A stretch of DNA of 64,000 bases from Octopus vulgaris. Lineage: Eukaryota. The translations under genes were made by a program, and so were the position numbers. Position 1 is the first letter of the stretch; the number at the start of each line of letters is the position of its first letter. The stretch spans positions 33,728,001 to 33,792,000 of the forward strand of contig OX597831.1 of assembly GCA_951406725.2 (NCBI GenBank), given 5' to 3'. This document shows positions 39,726 through 53,580 of this stretch, piece after piece. The notes under the pieces are model-generated. The model did no database searches, was not told the DNA's origin, and was given only the letters and a program-made list of their open reading frames with translations.

Positions 39726-39881
39726 ACACTATCATAATTTACATATATGTATATATTAACGAATATGAATTGCTGAATCACAAATACGTCTTCATACACG
39801 TAGAGAATCAAACTTAAACTCACAGATATATATTTATAATATACTGACATTAATTAACATTTATGTAAATTACTGTTACAG

Positions 39882-39974
<93 letters not shown>

Positions 39975-40556
39975 AAACGGTAACTTAATTAGATCTGATA
40001 CCTTAATTAGGCATGAAAACTGTTCGCATGGAATTTCGACTGAATGATATTGTTCATGTCAAAACATGTTAAGGCGATTCTTTTGAATGAGATATTCTAC
40101 ATTGCAATGCAGTTTGTCAGTTCTTTCCGTCTCTTTAGAAAATCACTCGGCAAGAATATCCGGCGGCAAGAATCTCTTAGAGAATAAATAACAGCATTAC
40201 AGTGCTACATGGAATGTATGCAATGATTCCTTATGCATCTCAGCATAAAATGGTTCGCCTTCTTTCCGAATATTCCGAAGCACAAGCATTGCCTCAAACT
40301 GTGATAGTTCCTACATAAGTGGTCATTATAACTCAACACAAAGATTTAAAAAATAAATGTAAAATAAAATGAAATAAAAATAAAATAATCCAAAAAAGAA
40401 CTGTTGGAATCTTTGGTGATATAATATTGTATCTTTGGTGATATAATATTCGCAGATGTTAAGCTTGTTAAATATTATCAATCAGAACCAATAAATCAAT
40501 CACTTCTTGATTTTCTTTTTTTTTTGTACCTCCAGCGATGTGCCATTCTACATGAA

Positions 40557-40960
40557 AAGCGGTAGAATTGCCTTTTGTTCAGAAAAGTTAGCACGCCGGG
40601 CGAAATGCTTATCAGTATTTCGTCTGTCTTTACGTTCTATATTCAAATTCCGCCGAGGTCGACTTTGCCTTTCTTCCTTTCGGGGTCGATTAAATAAGTA
40701 CCAGTTACGCACTGGGGTCGATATAATCGACTTAATCCGTTTGCCTGTCCTTGTTTGTCCTCTCTGTGTTTAGCCCCTTGTGGGTAGTAAAGAAATAGGT
40801 ATTTCGTCTGTCTTTACGTTTTGTGTTCAAATTCCGCCGAGGTCGACTTTGCCTTTCATCCTTTCGGGGTCGATAACTTAAGTACCAGTTGTGTACTGGA
40901 GTCAATCTAGTCAACTGACCCCCTCCCACCACGAAAAATTTCGGACCTTGAGCCAGATCA
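40557..40960 (+). mobile_element. Dimeric SINE family B (tail1 then tail2)
   Basis: Junction aaagaaataggtatttcgtctg near 40790-40810. Confidence 0.85.
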
Positions 40961-41437
40961 GAAAAAATTGCCCTTTGTTTTTTTTTACATCGTGCGTTCT
41001 CAAGACAAGAAAACAGTAGCGTGCACACACACATACACACACACATACGCAAACACATACACAAACACATCCACACATCCACACACGTATATCTATATTT
41101 GTATATTCTTTCAGTTTCCCTGTACCAAATCCATTCACAAGGGTTTAGTGTGTACACACACATGCACACACACACACATTGATTGATGAGAGAGACGGAA
41201 GATTGGAGATACTAGAATGTTTATTGATCGCTACAATTGTTTCAAACCAACTAGCATCGACCTCTCATGGGTGAAATACTGACCAAGAAACAGGTCGACA
41301 GAACTGTAGTGACCAGTAAACGTTCTCGTATCTTCAATCTTCTATCTCTCTCATTAATCAAATACCCAACCAACACTGAAAATCAAAGTGCTTTACCGGC
41401 AAGCTACCAGATGTAGATACCATATGATTTATCATCC

Positions 41438-41512
<75 letters not shown>

Positions 41513-41547
41513 TATTATTATTATTATTAATAATAATAATAAAAAAT

Positions 41548-41824
41548 GTCCTGATGCCGTACCAGTCACTAGCTCTCGTAGCTTCTTATGTTAACTGATT
41601 GGAAGTGTTATCATGTACATTGTTTTGTCTTGGTGTAAAATATGGGCTACAACAAATATTCTGCTCAATACCACAGATTTGCTTATAATTTACTTAACCT
41701 TAACCAGTTGAGCATGTCCCTTAGTGACTGATAATATGTGCATCTCTGATCACGAGCAGAAGTAGTGGGGGAACATCATAACCATGCGTTGAGAGGAATT
41801 CCTTGTGGTTTGGATAATTCACCT
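41548..41824. mobile_element. TAA-associated repeat, copy 2 (truncated)
   Basis: Matches 17250-17525; follows (TAA)n. Confidence 0.85.
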
Positions 41825-42083
41825 ATATATATATTCTGTATTTGTGTATCATATATATATATATATATAACATTAGAAAGAACCACATTTTATCAATTCA
41901 AAATGAACAATTAAATTACACCATCTAGAAAATTACATATAATAGAAATATTAAAATTAAAATAACAATAAAATACCAATGATTAAGTAAATTGCAAAAA
42001 ATTGGTTCTTTCTAATTTTATATATATATATATTATATTGTGTGAAATTTGATTTAGTATTTCTAAATTGAATTGTGTATTTC

Positions 42084-42231
42084 AGGCGTGGCTGTGTGGT
42101 GAGAACCCAATCTCATAGTTCCAAGTTCAATCCCACTGCGTGGCACTTTGAACAAGCGTCTTCTACTATAGTCTTAGGCCAACCAAGTCCTTGTGAGTGG
42201 ATTTTGTAGACGAAACTGAAAGAATCCCGCC

Positions 42232-42287
<56 letters not shown>

Positions 42288-42505
42288 GTATATGTGTGTG
42301 TATATCTTTGGTGTCTCTGTTCCCACCCACCAATGCTTGATAGCCGATGTTAGTATGTTTACGTCCCGGTAAGTTAGCGGTTCGGCAAAAGTGAGTGATA
42401 GAATAAGTACTAGGCTTACAAAGAATAATTCCTGGGATCGATTACCTAGATTAAAGGCGGTGCTCCAGCATGGCTGCTGTCAAATGACTGAAACAAATAG
42501 AAGAA
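42084..42505 (+). mobile_element. SINE family A
   Basis: Full head-to-tail match. Confidence 0.85.
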
Positions 42506-43869
42506 TATATATATATATATGCATATACGTGTGTGTGTGTGTAAAATATATATATATATATAATACTCGCGAGATGACAGTTTTAATTAAACATTTTAAA
42601 TATTACTCTCTCCCTCTGTCTTACCACTTTTCTTTCTCAACCCTCTCTCAATCCACCCCCTTTCTCTTGCTCTGTCTCTCCCCAGATATTTATCAGATAT
42701 ATGGAAATCCCTATGACTATACTACGGGCATCATCACTGAATTTTTAAGAGATTTAAACTGCAAACAAGGTGACCTTACCAGATAAAATGCTCTCAAGAT
42801 GACTGTTAGCTTTAATTAAAATATTTGAATGTTTTTCACTTTCTTTCTACTGCTATTTACCAGAAATATAGAAAGCTCTCTGGCCATACAGTAGGAAATT
42901 TTACTGACTTATTGCTGACATTTAACCTTGACAAAGCCATCCAGAAACTAGAGTTTTAATTAAACTATTCAAATAGTTATTTCTATTTACAACCATTTGC
43001 CATAGATACGGTATCATATCTGACTTTTTTCAACTGTCGTTCTTGCAGTCTTCGTTTTCATTACTAAGGTAACGGAAATTCTCATTTAGAAAATAATGAC
43101 GCTTATACTTACGAGTTCTTCATCTACTTATAGTTTACGAAAGGAAATCCTGAAATGGTTTTAACAGACGTTACGTTAAAAATAATTAACAGCGACAGAA
43201 ACAGTATTAATACCAAAACGTGATATTTATTTCTAAGTTGAAGTGAATTTTGTATCAGGAGGCTGAATACTTCGTTATTTACCATAAGAGAACCACTCAT
43301 GTGGTTTTATGGTACATAAAAGCACTTGTTTTTATATCGCTAGATGAGAATCGTCTGTTACGGTTGTCAGAACTGCCAGATCATGTCATATCGGCCTTCC
43401 TTAGCTTTGTTAATGAAATTCCTCTACAGCTAGACACAACAGCTGATTCCCACATCAGTCATATATAAATAATCTCAAGTTTTATTCAGGCACTGGTGCC
43501 ATTAAAGAAATGAATAGCTTTAGCAACAATATTAATATCAAAATGTAATATTTATCTCCCACGTAAAGTGGATGTTGTCTTTGGAGAAAGAATACTGCGT
43601 TATTTGCCTTGAGAGGACCTCTCATATGGTTTTCACGTGAAGGCCAAAATCACGTGATCTGGCTGTTTCGGCAGCCATTGCAGACGGTTCTCGCTCCTTC
43701 AGTAATACAAGCAAGAGTGCTTTTACGCATCATAAACCCGTACGAGCTCATAGTAAATAACTCAGAATTCTCTGTTCTATGGCGTTACTTTCTTTTGAAT
43801 GAGACATCAGCAAACTAAAAACGGTTTCCGATAGGGTGAAATTAATAACGACATGTAATATATAAGCGA

Positions 43870-44030
43870 AGACATGGCTGTGTGGTAAGTAGTTTGGTTC
43901 AGAAGCACATGGTTACGTGGTCAATCCCATTGCGTGGTGTCAGGAAAAAAGTGAAAGTGTCTTCTGCTATAGGCTCGAACCGCTCTAAGTTTTGCGAGTG
44001 GATCTGGTAGAGGAAACCTGAAAAAAGCTT

Positions 44031-44035
<5 letters not shown>
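43870..44035 (+). mobile_element. SINE family A, 5' half, decayed
   Basis: tggctgtgtggtaagtag...agtgtcttctgctatagg...gagtggatctggtaga. Confidence 0.7.
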
Positions 44036-44064
<29 letters not shown>

Positions 44065-44250
44065 GTTCAATTTGAAAATATAGCCACGAAACACGTGTAG
44101 TCTATTTACTAATTCTATACTATTTATTTATTATTTCGTACTTTAATTAGTTCTAGGTAAATGTTTTATCGTATCTTTAATTTTTTTTATATGATATGAT
44201 TTAAGTATATCATTGTTGAATTGCTACATGGTGGTTCTTCTCTAATATAT

Positions 44251-44315
<65 letters not shown>

Positions 44316-44454
44316 CAATAATAAATCTCTGAGCGAGATGTAAACAGTAGCAGCACGATATCGTGGGGGTATATTTGCCACCTAAATGTGGCAAATATAT
44401 ATATATCTTAATATCACCATGTATGTGTGTGATTTTGTGGTGACTCTGTCTCCC

Positions 44455-44659
44455 ACCACAGCTTGTTATTGAAACGTAAATACAGCCACATCGGTTGTCG
44501 AGCAGTGGTGGGAGAAAAACACACACGCACGCGCACACACACACACTTTATTGAAAAGCAGCAAAAATATCACAAAACTTAGAGTTTCAATAAAGCATAT
44601 TACTCTGGTATTCAAGTACTATTTTCCCACCTTGTTTCGCGTTTATGTGCTTACTACGG

Positions 44660-44694
<35 letters not shown>

Positions 44695-44832
44695 CGAAGG
44701 GCTTCTATCAGACTTCATTTACCAGATCTACTCACACGGCCTTTGTCGGCCCGAGACTATAGTTGAGGACACCTAAGTGGAACTGAACCCGGAACCATAT
44801 GGTTTGGAAGCAAGCGTCTTACAACACAGCCA
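44455..44832 (-). mobile_element. SINE family A, partial and interrupted
   Basis: gaactgaacccggaaccat...acacagccacg head on the minus strand. Confidence 0.7.
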
Positions 44833-44964
44833 CGTTAAATGATTTTTAAAAATATTTTAGTCAGGGGAGAAGGCAGGGTCCTCGCAGCTTTTGCAAGGCT
44901 CAGGAATCGGTTTGAGGAAGGTCTATCCAAACCGGAGACTTGGTCTTAGTGCTGCAAACAGAAT

Positions 44965-45355
44965 GTTATTTGTTTCAGCGATTGGACTGCGGCAATGCTG
45001 GAGTATCGTCGTAAAGGGTTTTAGTACTTACTTTTTCTAAGCCTGGTACTTATTCTATCGGAATTCTATGCCGAACCACTAGGTTAAGAGGACGTAAACA
45101 AACCAATACTGGTTGTCAAGAGGTGATGAGAACAAACAAAAAACCACACGCATAGTTTTCTGTACATATATATTCAGAAATACACACACACACACACACA
45201 CACGTTTACGACTGGCTTCTTTCAGTTTCTGTTTACGAAATCCACTCACAAGACTTTTCTCGGCCCGGGTTTATAAAAGAAGATATTTGGCCAAGATGCC
45301 ACACAGTTGGACAGAACTCGAAACCACGTGGTTTGGAAGCAAACTTCTTACCAAC
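44965..45355 (-). mobile_element. SINE family A
   Basis: Decayed reverse complement of family A. Confidence 0.75.
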
Positions 45356-45446
45356 AATGCCTTATTTTCAAAAGAAATACTTTGAACATTTAGTGTAACT
45401 TAGCATGAAATGAAAGGAACTGATATTATTAATAATAATAACAATG

Positions 45447-45545
<99 letters not shown>

Positions 45546-46329
45546 GTAATTATAATAACAACAACAACATGCATTTTACAATATTTCGTTTGTTTTCGTT
45601 GCTTTTGTAATTTGTTCAACAAGTTATCAGAAACCAACGTGGTGTCATTAGATTATTGACAAAGTAGAAATAAATAAATGAATAAAATAAAATAAAATGA
45701 AATAAAACAGAAATGAGTGAAAACAAAAGAACAAAAGTGTGTTTATGTTTGTGTTTTGTTTTAGGCATTTCAACGTATTTGTTTCATTCCTAATGACTAT
45801 TTCCAGCAATTTCTATATCTCTGGCATTATTATTGTAGCAGAAAGAAACAAAGAAAGGTGGAAGGAAGAAAGAAAAATACTAATAAAATAAGTTTTAAAT
45901 AAACAATAAAATTAAATACGTAAAATGTTTTTGTTTGTTATATCAGAATAAACAACAACAACAACAGCAAAAATATTAATTACTACTCAAACTCGTTAAC
46001 GAAATATCATGTTATTTTAAACAAATGAATGCACGTTCTCATATGAGTTAAAAATTCATGATAATATATGATGCGAGCACACCCCCTCTACGCACACATA
46101 CGTACATACAATCACTCGATCACACGCATATACACATATGTACACATAATCCCACTCGAATTTCTTTCTAGACAATGTGGATTCAGTTATGCAATCAGCT
46201 CAATTATTTTTCCTATTTGCAAGCAGCCGCAAGCGAGATACGGTCTCACAATGTTGCACTAGAAATCTCTGCCCTCTCTTAAGCCCCGGTAGATCTTTAG
46301 TTTCAGTTGCATGCCTCTAGTCCCGGCTG

Positions 46330-46948
46330 ATAAAACTGGAAATTTGGGAATTGAAAGAAAAAAATATCGAATTTAACCTAAAATGGGATATAATAAGAAA
46401 GGCACAGCCTTATAAAAATAGTAGGGATGGATGTGAACTTTGTTCTATGGAGACATATGAAATTTTGAAACATAGGAATAATATAAACTTATTGAATAAC
46501 CGTTCTGAACTAGGAGTATCCTGCATACATTGTGCCACCCGTACTTTTAAGTATTTTAAATAATAGCATTCTGATCATTCCTAAATTTTCAAATCTTAAT
46601 GTTTTGCTACCAAATATGGAAATAATATACCATACTAGCTTTTATTTAACCTGCATAGATTATTAAGAAATTTTATAATATAAATTAAATGAATAAAGCG
46701 AAATATATACACTTTCCTATATAGGATTGCATAAATTCCATATATCTAGTGAAATTATTTAGTTCATCTTGATTACCTCCCTTCCATTACATTTTAATAT
46801 ATCTTATAGGCTTTTGATATATGTGCTAATTGATAAGGGTTTTTTTTACAGGTAATAAATATTATGTCTAGTATAATTCCTTTAATTTAACTCATTAATA
46901 AAAATAAATCACTATTTACTAACTAACTATAAATCTATATTAATAAAA

Positions 46949-46993
<45 letters not shown>

Positions 46994-47749
46994 AATATGA
47001 AATGATTTATATATTCTCCATCCCTATATAAGATACTAAAATTTACTGGAATCCTTTGGAAAAAAATATCTAAAGGATATTTATTTAAAATCACAAGCAG
47101 GATTATGGCTGTTAAATGATTGAGAACATTAGAAATCTCTAGAGCATTAGTAGTCTCTATTCTCCCTACCCCACTAGTTTCAGCCTACTAACTTTAGCTA
47201 AATTACATTCAAATATGCCAAAGTTAAATTCCTCATAATGGGGTTGGATTTATGACTTTGACATTTGTACTATCCCTTCCTATATCTATAATTAGAAAAA
47301 AATTCTTGTTTGTCTCCATTGAACCAAATAAAAAAACCCCCTCCCCATTGATAAATCTAAATAGCAAAGTGAACTCAGTGATAAAAAATCTGCCTATGAT
47401 GAAGGACCTTCTACTACCATGTTCTTAAGGATGAAATTAACCTCTCTGTCTATATATCTACCCTCTTTGTAATGTTGGCAAATGGAATAAGTATAAAAAT
47501 GTACATTGTCCATTTAATTAAAAAATACTATATGTGGCTGAAGATTGCTCTACATTTGAAAACTGATGTAATACTTACATTGTTGAATAAAATGAAGTAG
47601 CATGAAACGATTGTGCTACACTACCTTGGATATCCTTGTTGCTTATTTTGATTATAATCACTCCATTTGATTTATACGGATAATACCATACCAAAGTCTG
47701 GTGCTTTTAACTTTTGTACCATATTCATCTGAATCTAAATTTTGCTGAA

Positions 47750-47752
<3 letters not shown>
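46330..47752 (+). mobile_element. Penelope-like element 3' fragment: GIY-YIG endonuclease C-terminus, long AT-rich UTR and HHR
   Basis: IWELKEKNIEFNLKWDIIRKAQPY...CELCSMETYEIL...LLNNRSELGVSCIH resembles the PLE GIY-YIG tail; decayed HHR at 47533-47620; ends at (TA)n. Confidence 0.75.
47533..47620 (+). ncRNA. Decayed type-I hammerhead with long stem II
   Basis: tgtgg CUGAAGA ttgctctacattt...aaatgaagtagcat GAAA CGAUUG UG ctaca; G at position 17 would block cleavage. Confidence 0.55.
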
Positions 47753-47804
<52 letters not shown>

Positions 47805-47815
47805 GTATATATGTA

Positions 47816-47879
<64 letters not shown>

Positions 47880-48149
47880 TATATATGTGTGTGTGTGTGT
47901 GTAAATATATGTATATGTATATGTATGTATATAGTAAAATCTATTTGCCAACGTGAGGTGGAAGTCCTGTATAGGACCATGTTACGACCTTTTAACCCCA
48001 GGAAAACATATTTTCCAGTTGGTTATCACAGTATATTTCAGACACAGGCCTTTAGGATTACTCTTGCGGAGGTGTGGTGTCTCTCTCAGGTTTTGAAGGA
48101 GATGAGTTTCTACTCAGAGTCCAAATGCATTGAAAACTCGAGCTGTGAT

Positions 48150-48520
48150 TAGTGCATACCATTGAATTCATTACTTGACTGGTACTTATTTAATACCGAG
48201 AGATATGAAAGGCAGATTTGACCTTGGAGGGATTTGAACTCAAAATACAAGAAGTCGAAATAAGTAGTCGAAATAAGTACCGCAAAGCATTTTTCGAATG
48301 TTCTAATGATTCTGTCAAGCCACCGCTTAAGTAGTAGTTTGAAACACAGGTACTAACCAGACATTTTAGGGGAGATGAACTGTTAAATATATCGGGTCCT
48401 AGTACTTGACAAGCCCTTTATTTTACCGATCCCAGAGGAATGAAAGTTGAAGTTAATCTCGACAGGATTTGAGCATAGAACGCACATTTGTTTGATGCTT
48501 TAACGATTCTATCATATTTA
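48150..48520 (-). mobile_element. Two decayed SINE family B copies
   Basis: tgaaaggcagatttgaccttggagggatttgaactca, and a second core near 48425-48475. Confidence 0.6.
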
Positions 48521-48988
48521 CTAAATAACAACAATCAACGACCACAAAGAACTCAATACGGAACGTAAAGTAATATAGACAGATATTTAAGGAAGCGAAA
48601 AGAAATTTCGCTGACAAAGTGTCTCAATGAATATAGCATTCTAGTGCAGAAAGATGTAGTACTAGATAAGACACATAAAGAGAAAGTGATTACGGTATAC
48701 AGCAACTTCTAAATATCCTGTACAAATTAATCAATGAATATTACACTGTTCACAGCTGTTGCTAAGTTCTGTTTTCCAGGCGTTTAATCTAGAACGCTTT
48801 TTAAAAGATATTACTTTGGTTGCTCATATTCTTGTAAAATAAGTTGGTAATTTCGCGTGTCGTGTCTTCATAAATTATAAATGGCTTACGTTTTCTTTTA
48901 TTTTTGTTGATTTTTTGTAATTGTTTAGCTCCCATATCAGTCCTGATCGAACTCTACTCTGAACAAAGTATTCCAGTTACGACCACGA

Positions 48989-49063
<75 letters not shown>

Positions 49064-49074
49064 GTTATTGATTA

Positions 49075-49600
49075 GGAGAGCAGTGCATGCCATCAAAGTG
49101 ACACTGGGGTAAAATATACGAAGCCCAGTATACCCATCATGACTACCCGTCTGATAAGGGTACACTAGGCACATGCATCACAACCATATGTGCGCCACAT
49201 GGTGATCTCATATCAAGATAAAAAGCACATGACTTTGCAGGTGGGGCCCAGTTAGAACTTTCTTCTGATCGAGTAATCCATCCCGCTCAAAAGATCCCTG
49301 AATAAGGGTTTTTTAAGGATGTTGAACGAAACACCCATGTTTCCAGAGGTGACTTATTCAAACCCCAAAGAATCCTTCTCAACACTTCTACTCGTGATCA
49401 GAGATGCACATATCGTCAGCCACTAAGAGACATGCTCAACTGGTTAAGGTCAAACAACTGACAAGCAAATCTGTGGTATTGAGCAGAATATTTGCTGTAG
49501 CCCATTTTTAATACCAAGACAAAGCAATGTACATGATAACACTTCCAATCAGTTAAGATCAGAAGCCACGAGAGCCACTGCCTGGTACTGCATCAGGGCA
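49075..49600. mobile_element. TAA-associated repeat, copy 3
   Basis: Reverse complement of 17250-17795; flanked by (TAT)n on the left and (TTC)n(TAT)n on the right. Confidence 0.85.
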
Positions 49601-49624
49601 ATTCTTCTTCTTCTTCTTCTTCTT

Positions 49625-49785
<161 letters not shown>

Positions 49786-49850
49786 CATTATTATTATTAT
49801 CATTATTATTATTATCATTATTATCATCATCATCATCATTATTATTATTA

Positions 49851-49947
<97 letters not shown>

Positions 49948-50003
49948 ACATTCATGGACACATACAATACATATATACATAAACACACATACAAGCATAC
50001 ATA

Positions 50004-51468
50004 TAAGGGTGGGCTGAAAACTTCACAGGTAGACTATGAAGGAGTGAAGCTAGACTGTGGAGTCTTGCATGCATTTATTTCAACTCGTATTACTATTTGC
50101 ATTGTTTCTTTCCAGGAAAACTGATATCTGACAGTTCAAAGACGACTTTAAAATTATCTAGTAGCGACTTCTCTTGAAAATGGAAAGCAAAAGTGGCATC
50201 GTAGTGTTAGTAAATACCTGCGGAAATCAGGTTTAGCCCCCAAAGACATTCATATCCATGTAGCTGCTACAATTGAGGATGGTTCTCTAGCTTTATCAAC
50301 TGCGCAAAAGTGAGCAGCTGAATTTATGTGGAGAGAGTAGAAACTTAAAGATGACCAAATGTTTGGACGTCCTGCAACAGCCACCACCGAAGAAAACATT
50401 GATCGTGCTCACCACATGGTGACGTATGACTGTGAATCAAATAGCCAGAGCTGTTAGTATATCACGTGAGGAAGTTAAGATTATTCTGCACAATGAACTT
50501 GGCATGATGCAGGTTTCTTATTTCTTTACTGTCCACAAGGGGTTACACACAGAGGGGACAGACAAGGACAGACAGACGGATTAAGTCGATTACATCGACC
50601 CCAGTGCGTAACTGGTGCTTATTTAATCGACCCCGAAAGGATGAAAGGCAAAGTGGACCTCGGCGGAATTTGAACTCAGAGCGTAACAGTAGACGAAATA
50701 CCTATTTCTTTACTACCCACAAGGGGCTAAACACAGAGGGGACAAACAAGGATTGGCAAACGGATTAAGTCGATTACATCGACCCCAGTGCGCAACTAGT
50801 ACTTATTTAATCGACCCCGAAAGGATTAACGGCAAAGTCGACCTCGGCGGAATTTGAACTCAGAACATAACCGCAGACGAAATACCACTAAGCATTTCGC
50901 CCGGCGTGCTAACGTTTCTGCCAAGCTCGCCGCAGAAGCGCAGGTCTCTGTTCGGCGTTTTCTGACATTTGATCAAAAGTGTACCAGGCTGATGACATCA
51001 CGAGAAAATCTGACATTGCTTGAGGCAGATCCATTTGGTTTCCTTGAACGATTCCTAACTTTGAGCTAACGTTTCATCACTTTGAGCCAGGGACAAAGAA
51101 ACAATCCATGCAGTGGAAACACCCCTCCTTACCTGCTCCAAAGAAGGTGAAGGTCGTTTCATCCACTGGGAAGGTGATGGCCTCTGGTTTTTGAAATGCT
51201 TTTGAAATGCAAAAGGCAATTATGTTTATTGACTATCTTCAAAAGCGCTACACCATCAATGGAGAGTACTATGCCAAAATGGAGAGTACTATGAGGCAAT
51301 TACGAAAAGCTATGAAGACCAAACGCCTAGAAAAACTGATGCCCAGGAATCTTGTCTCTTTAGTAGAATGCTCCAGCATACAAGTCCTTTGTTTCAATGG
51401 CTGCTGTGCGCATCTGTGATTTTGAACTGGTTGATCACTCTCCCTTTTATTCTGATCTTCTCCCATCT
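50004..51468 (+). mobile_element. Decayed mariner transposon interrupted by SINEs
   Basis: TIR-like start; KDDQMFGRPATATTEENIDR, ILHNELGM, HHFEPGTKKQSMQWKHP..PAPKKVK..STGKVMASGF, IDYLQKRYTINGEYYA motifs. Confidence 0.85.
50519..50934 (-). mobile_element. Dimeric SINE family B (tail1, tail1)
   Basis: Two cores and tails, junction cgaaatacctatttcttt; imperfect TSD gcaggtttct / gcaggtctct. Confidence 0.85.
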
Positions 51469-51680
51469 GGCAGAATAGCTAGCAAGTCAGACAAAATGCT
51501 TAGTGCTATTACTTCAGGCTTTACATTCTGAGTTCAAATGCTGCCGAGGTCGACTTTGTATTTCATTCTTTCGGAAGGTCGGTGAAATAAGTACCAGTGA
51601 AATAATGGGGTCTGTGTAATCGATTAGCCCATTCTCCCAAAATTTCAGGCTCTGCGCCTTTATAGCAGTAAGGGTTATTA
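51467..51680 (+). mobile_element. SINE family B, tail2
   Basis: aaaatgcttag...ttctgagttcaaat...gccgaggtcgacttt...aaatttcaggc. Confidence 0.75.
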
Positions 51681-51877
51681 TTTTTGTTGTTTTACTAATT
51701 GCACTTTTCTGTCAAAAAAGCCTGCCATTGGATATACTGTCAGCATTCTTGTAGACACTTCAAGGGTCTTTAAACACCAAACTTAGTCGTGCGTGATAAA
51801 AGGTTGTAACAATTGTAGCAGAAGGAAAATAAGTCAATAAAAATAATTATGAATATTATCGTTATTATCCTCATCGT

Positions 51878-52087
51878 TGGAGGAAGAAGGGAATGGAGGT
51901 GGAGGAGGAAGGGTAAGAGAAGAAGAAGGAGAAGAAGAAGAAGAAGAAGAAGAAGAAGAAGAAGAAGAAAAGGGGTGAAGATGAGGAAGAAGATAAGAAG
52001 GGAGAAGAGGTGGAGGAAGAAAAGGAAGAAGGAGAAGAAGATGAAGATGAAGAAGAAGAAGAAGAAGAAGGAGGAGGAGGAGGAGAA

Positions 52088-52119
<32 letters not shown>

Positions 52120-52460
52120 AGAAAAGGGTGAAGACGAGGAAGAAGATAAGGGAGAAGAGGTGGAGGAAGAAGTGGAAGAAATAGAAGAAGAAGATGAAGT
52201 AGAAGAAGGAGTAGAAGAGGAAGTTGAAGAAGATGAAGAAGGAGGAGGAGGAGAAGGAGAAGAAGAGGAAGCAGAAAAGGGGTGAAGATGAGGAAGAAGA
52301 TAAGGGAGAAGAGGTGGAGGAAGAAGAGGTAGAGAAGAAGAAGGAGAAGAAGAGGAAGATGAAGAAGAAGATGAAGAAGGATGAGGAGGAGAAGAATGAA
52401 AAAGGATGCTGATGAAGGACAAAAGAAAACGATTTTGACGAAAAAGAAAAAATATGATAT

Positions 52461-52536
<76 letters not shown>

Positions 52537-52725
52537 GAAGAAGGAGAAGAAGAAAGAAGAGGAGAAGATGAGAAAAAGTAGAAGACGAAGTAGAGGAGAA
52601 TAAAGAAAAGAAAAAGATGTAAAAAAGAGGGAGGATGAGAAGTGGAGGAAAGAAGAAAACGTAAAAGGAGGAGAAGACGGAGGGGAGGAAAATAAGGAGG
52701 AGATTGAAGTAAGGAAGAATATGAA
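51878..52725. repeat. Degenerate (GAA/GAG/GAT)n low-complexity tract
   Basis: Purine-rich trinucleotide mosaic with internal duplications of ggtgaaga.gaggaagaagataag. Confidence 0.9.
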
Positions 52726-53096
52726 AAAGCACTCAAGCCAAACAGACGCAGACGACAAAAAAAAAACGAAAGAAAAGAAGGAAAAAAGCAACAAAAACAA
52801 ACCAACAAAGCAACAAATGAAAATTTAAAAAAAATAGAAGCAGGAAGAAACAAAAAAAAAAAAAAACGGGAATATGAAGTGATGTGCAATGTTATGTATA
52901 TATTTATATTTTGTTTGGAATAAAAGATTGGAAGTCTATTACTCCATCATGCTTGATATTTCGGATAAGCCGGGTTTGGTTCCACACTTGAATGGAATCA
53001 GAATCTTATAATGTCCAGGTAAAATATACCAGAAAGTGGATGCTGTGAAATAACAATGTATTTTGTAGAAGAGATGTGATAAAGAGAAAGATAAAT

Positions 53097-53131
<35 letters not shown>

Positions 53132-53320
53132 AGATAAAAAGAGAGAGAGAGAAAAGGAAACATTAGCTGATAAGTGGAAACAAAAGGAAATATTTACACT
53201 TCTCTTTCTCTCTCTCTTTCTCTCTCTTTCTTTCCTGGATTCTAGTCTCTCTTCTTTAATCCCCCCTCTCTCTGTTTGACTGTATTGACATATTTATGTA
53301 TGCAAATATATAAGCATGTG

Positions 53321-53355
<35 letters not shown>

Positions 53356-53451
53356 TCATGTATGTATATATATGTATATCTATATCTATATATATGTATG
53401 TACATAATATATATACATGCATCATATATATGTGTGTATATATACATACAT

Positions 53452-53486
<35 letters not shown>

Positions 53487-53541
53487 GTGTGTATATATAT
53501 AGTGTTGGTGTGTATATATATATATATAGATTGATAGATAG

Positions 53542-53580
<39 letters not shown>

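Noticed and set aside
44072-44105. GAAA CACGUG UA half-hammerhead
   Set aside because: No pairing stem I or credible 5' core; probably a truncated element, not called as a ribozyme.
51770-52889. 309-351 aa poly-S/F/L ORFs and poly-E/K ORFs
   Set aside because: Several frames are open at once over a purine/pyrimidine-skewed trinucleotide tract; low-complexity artefact.
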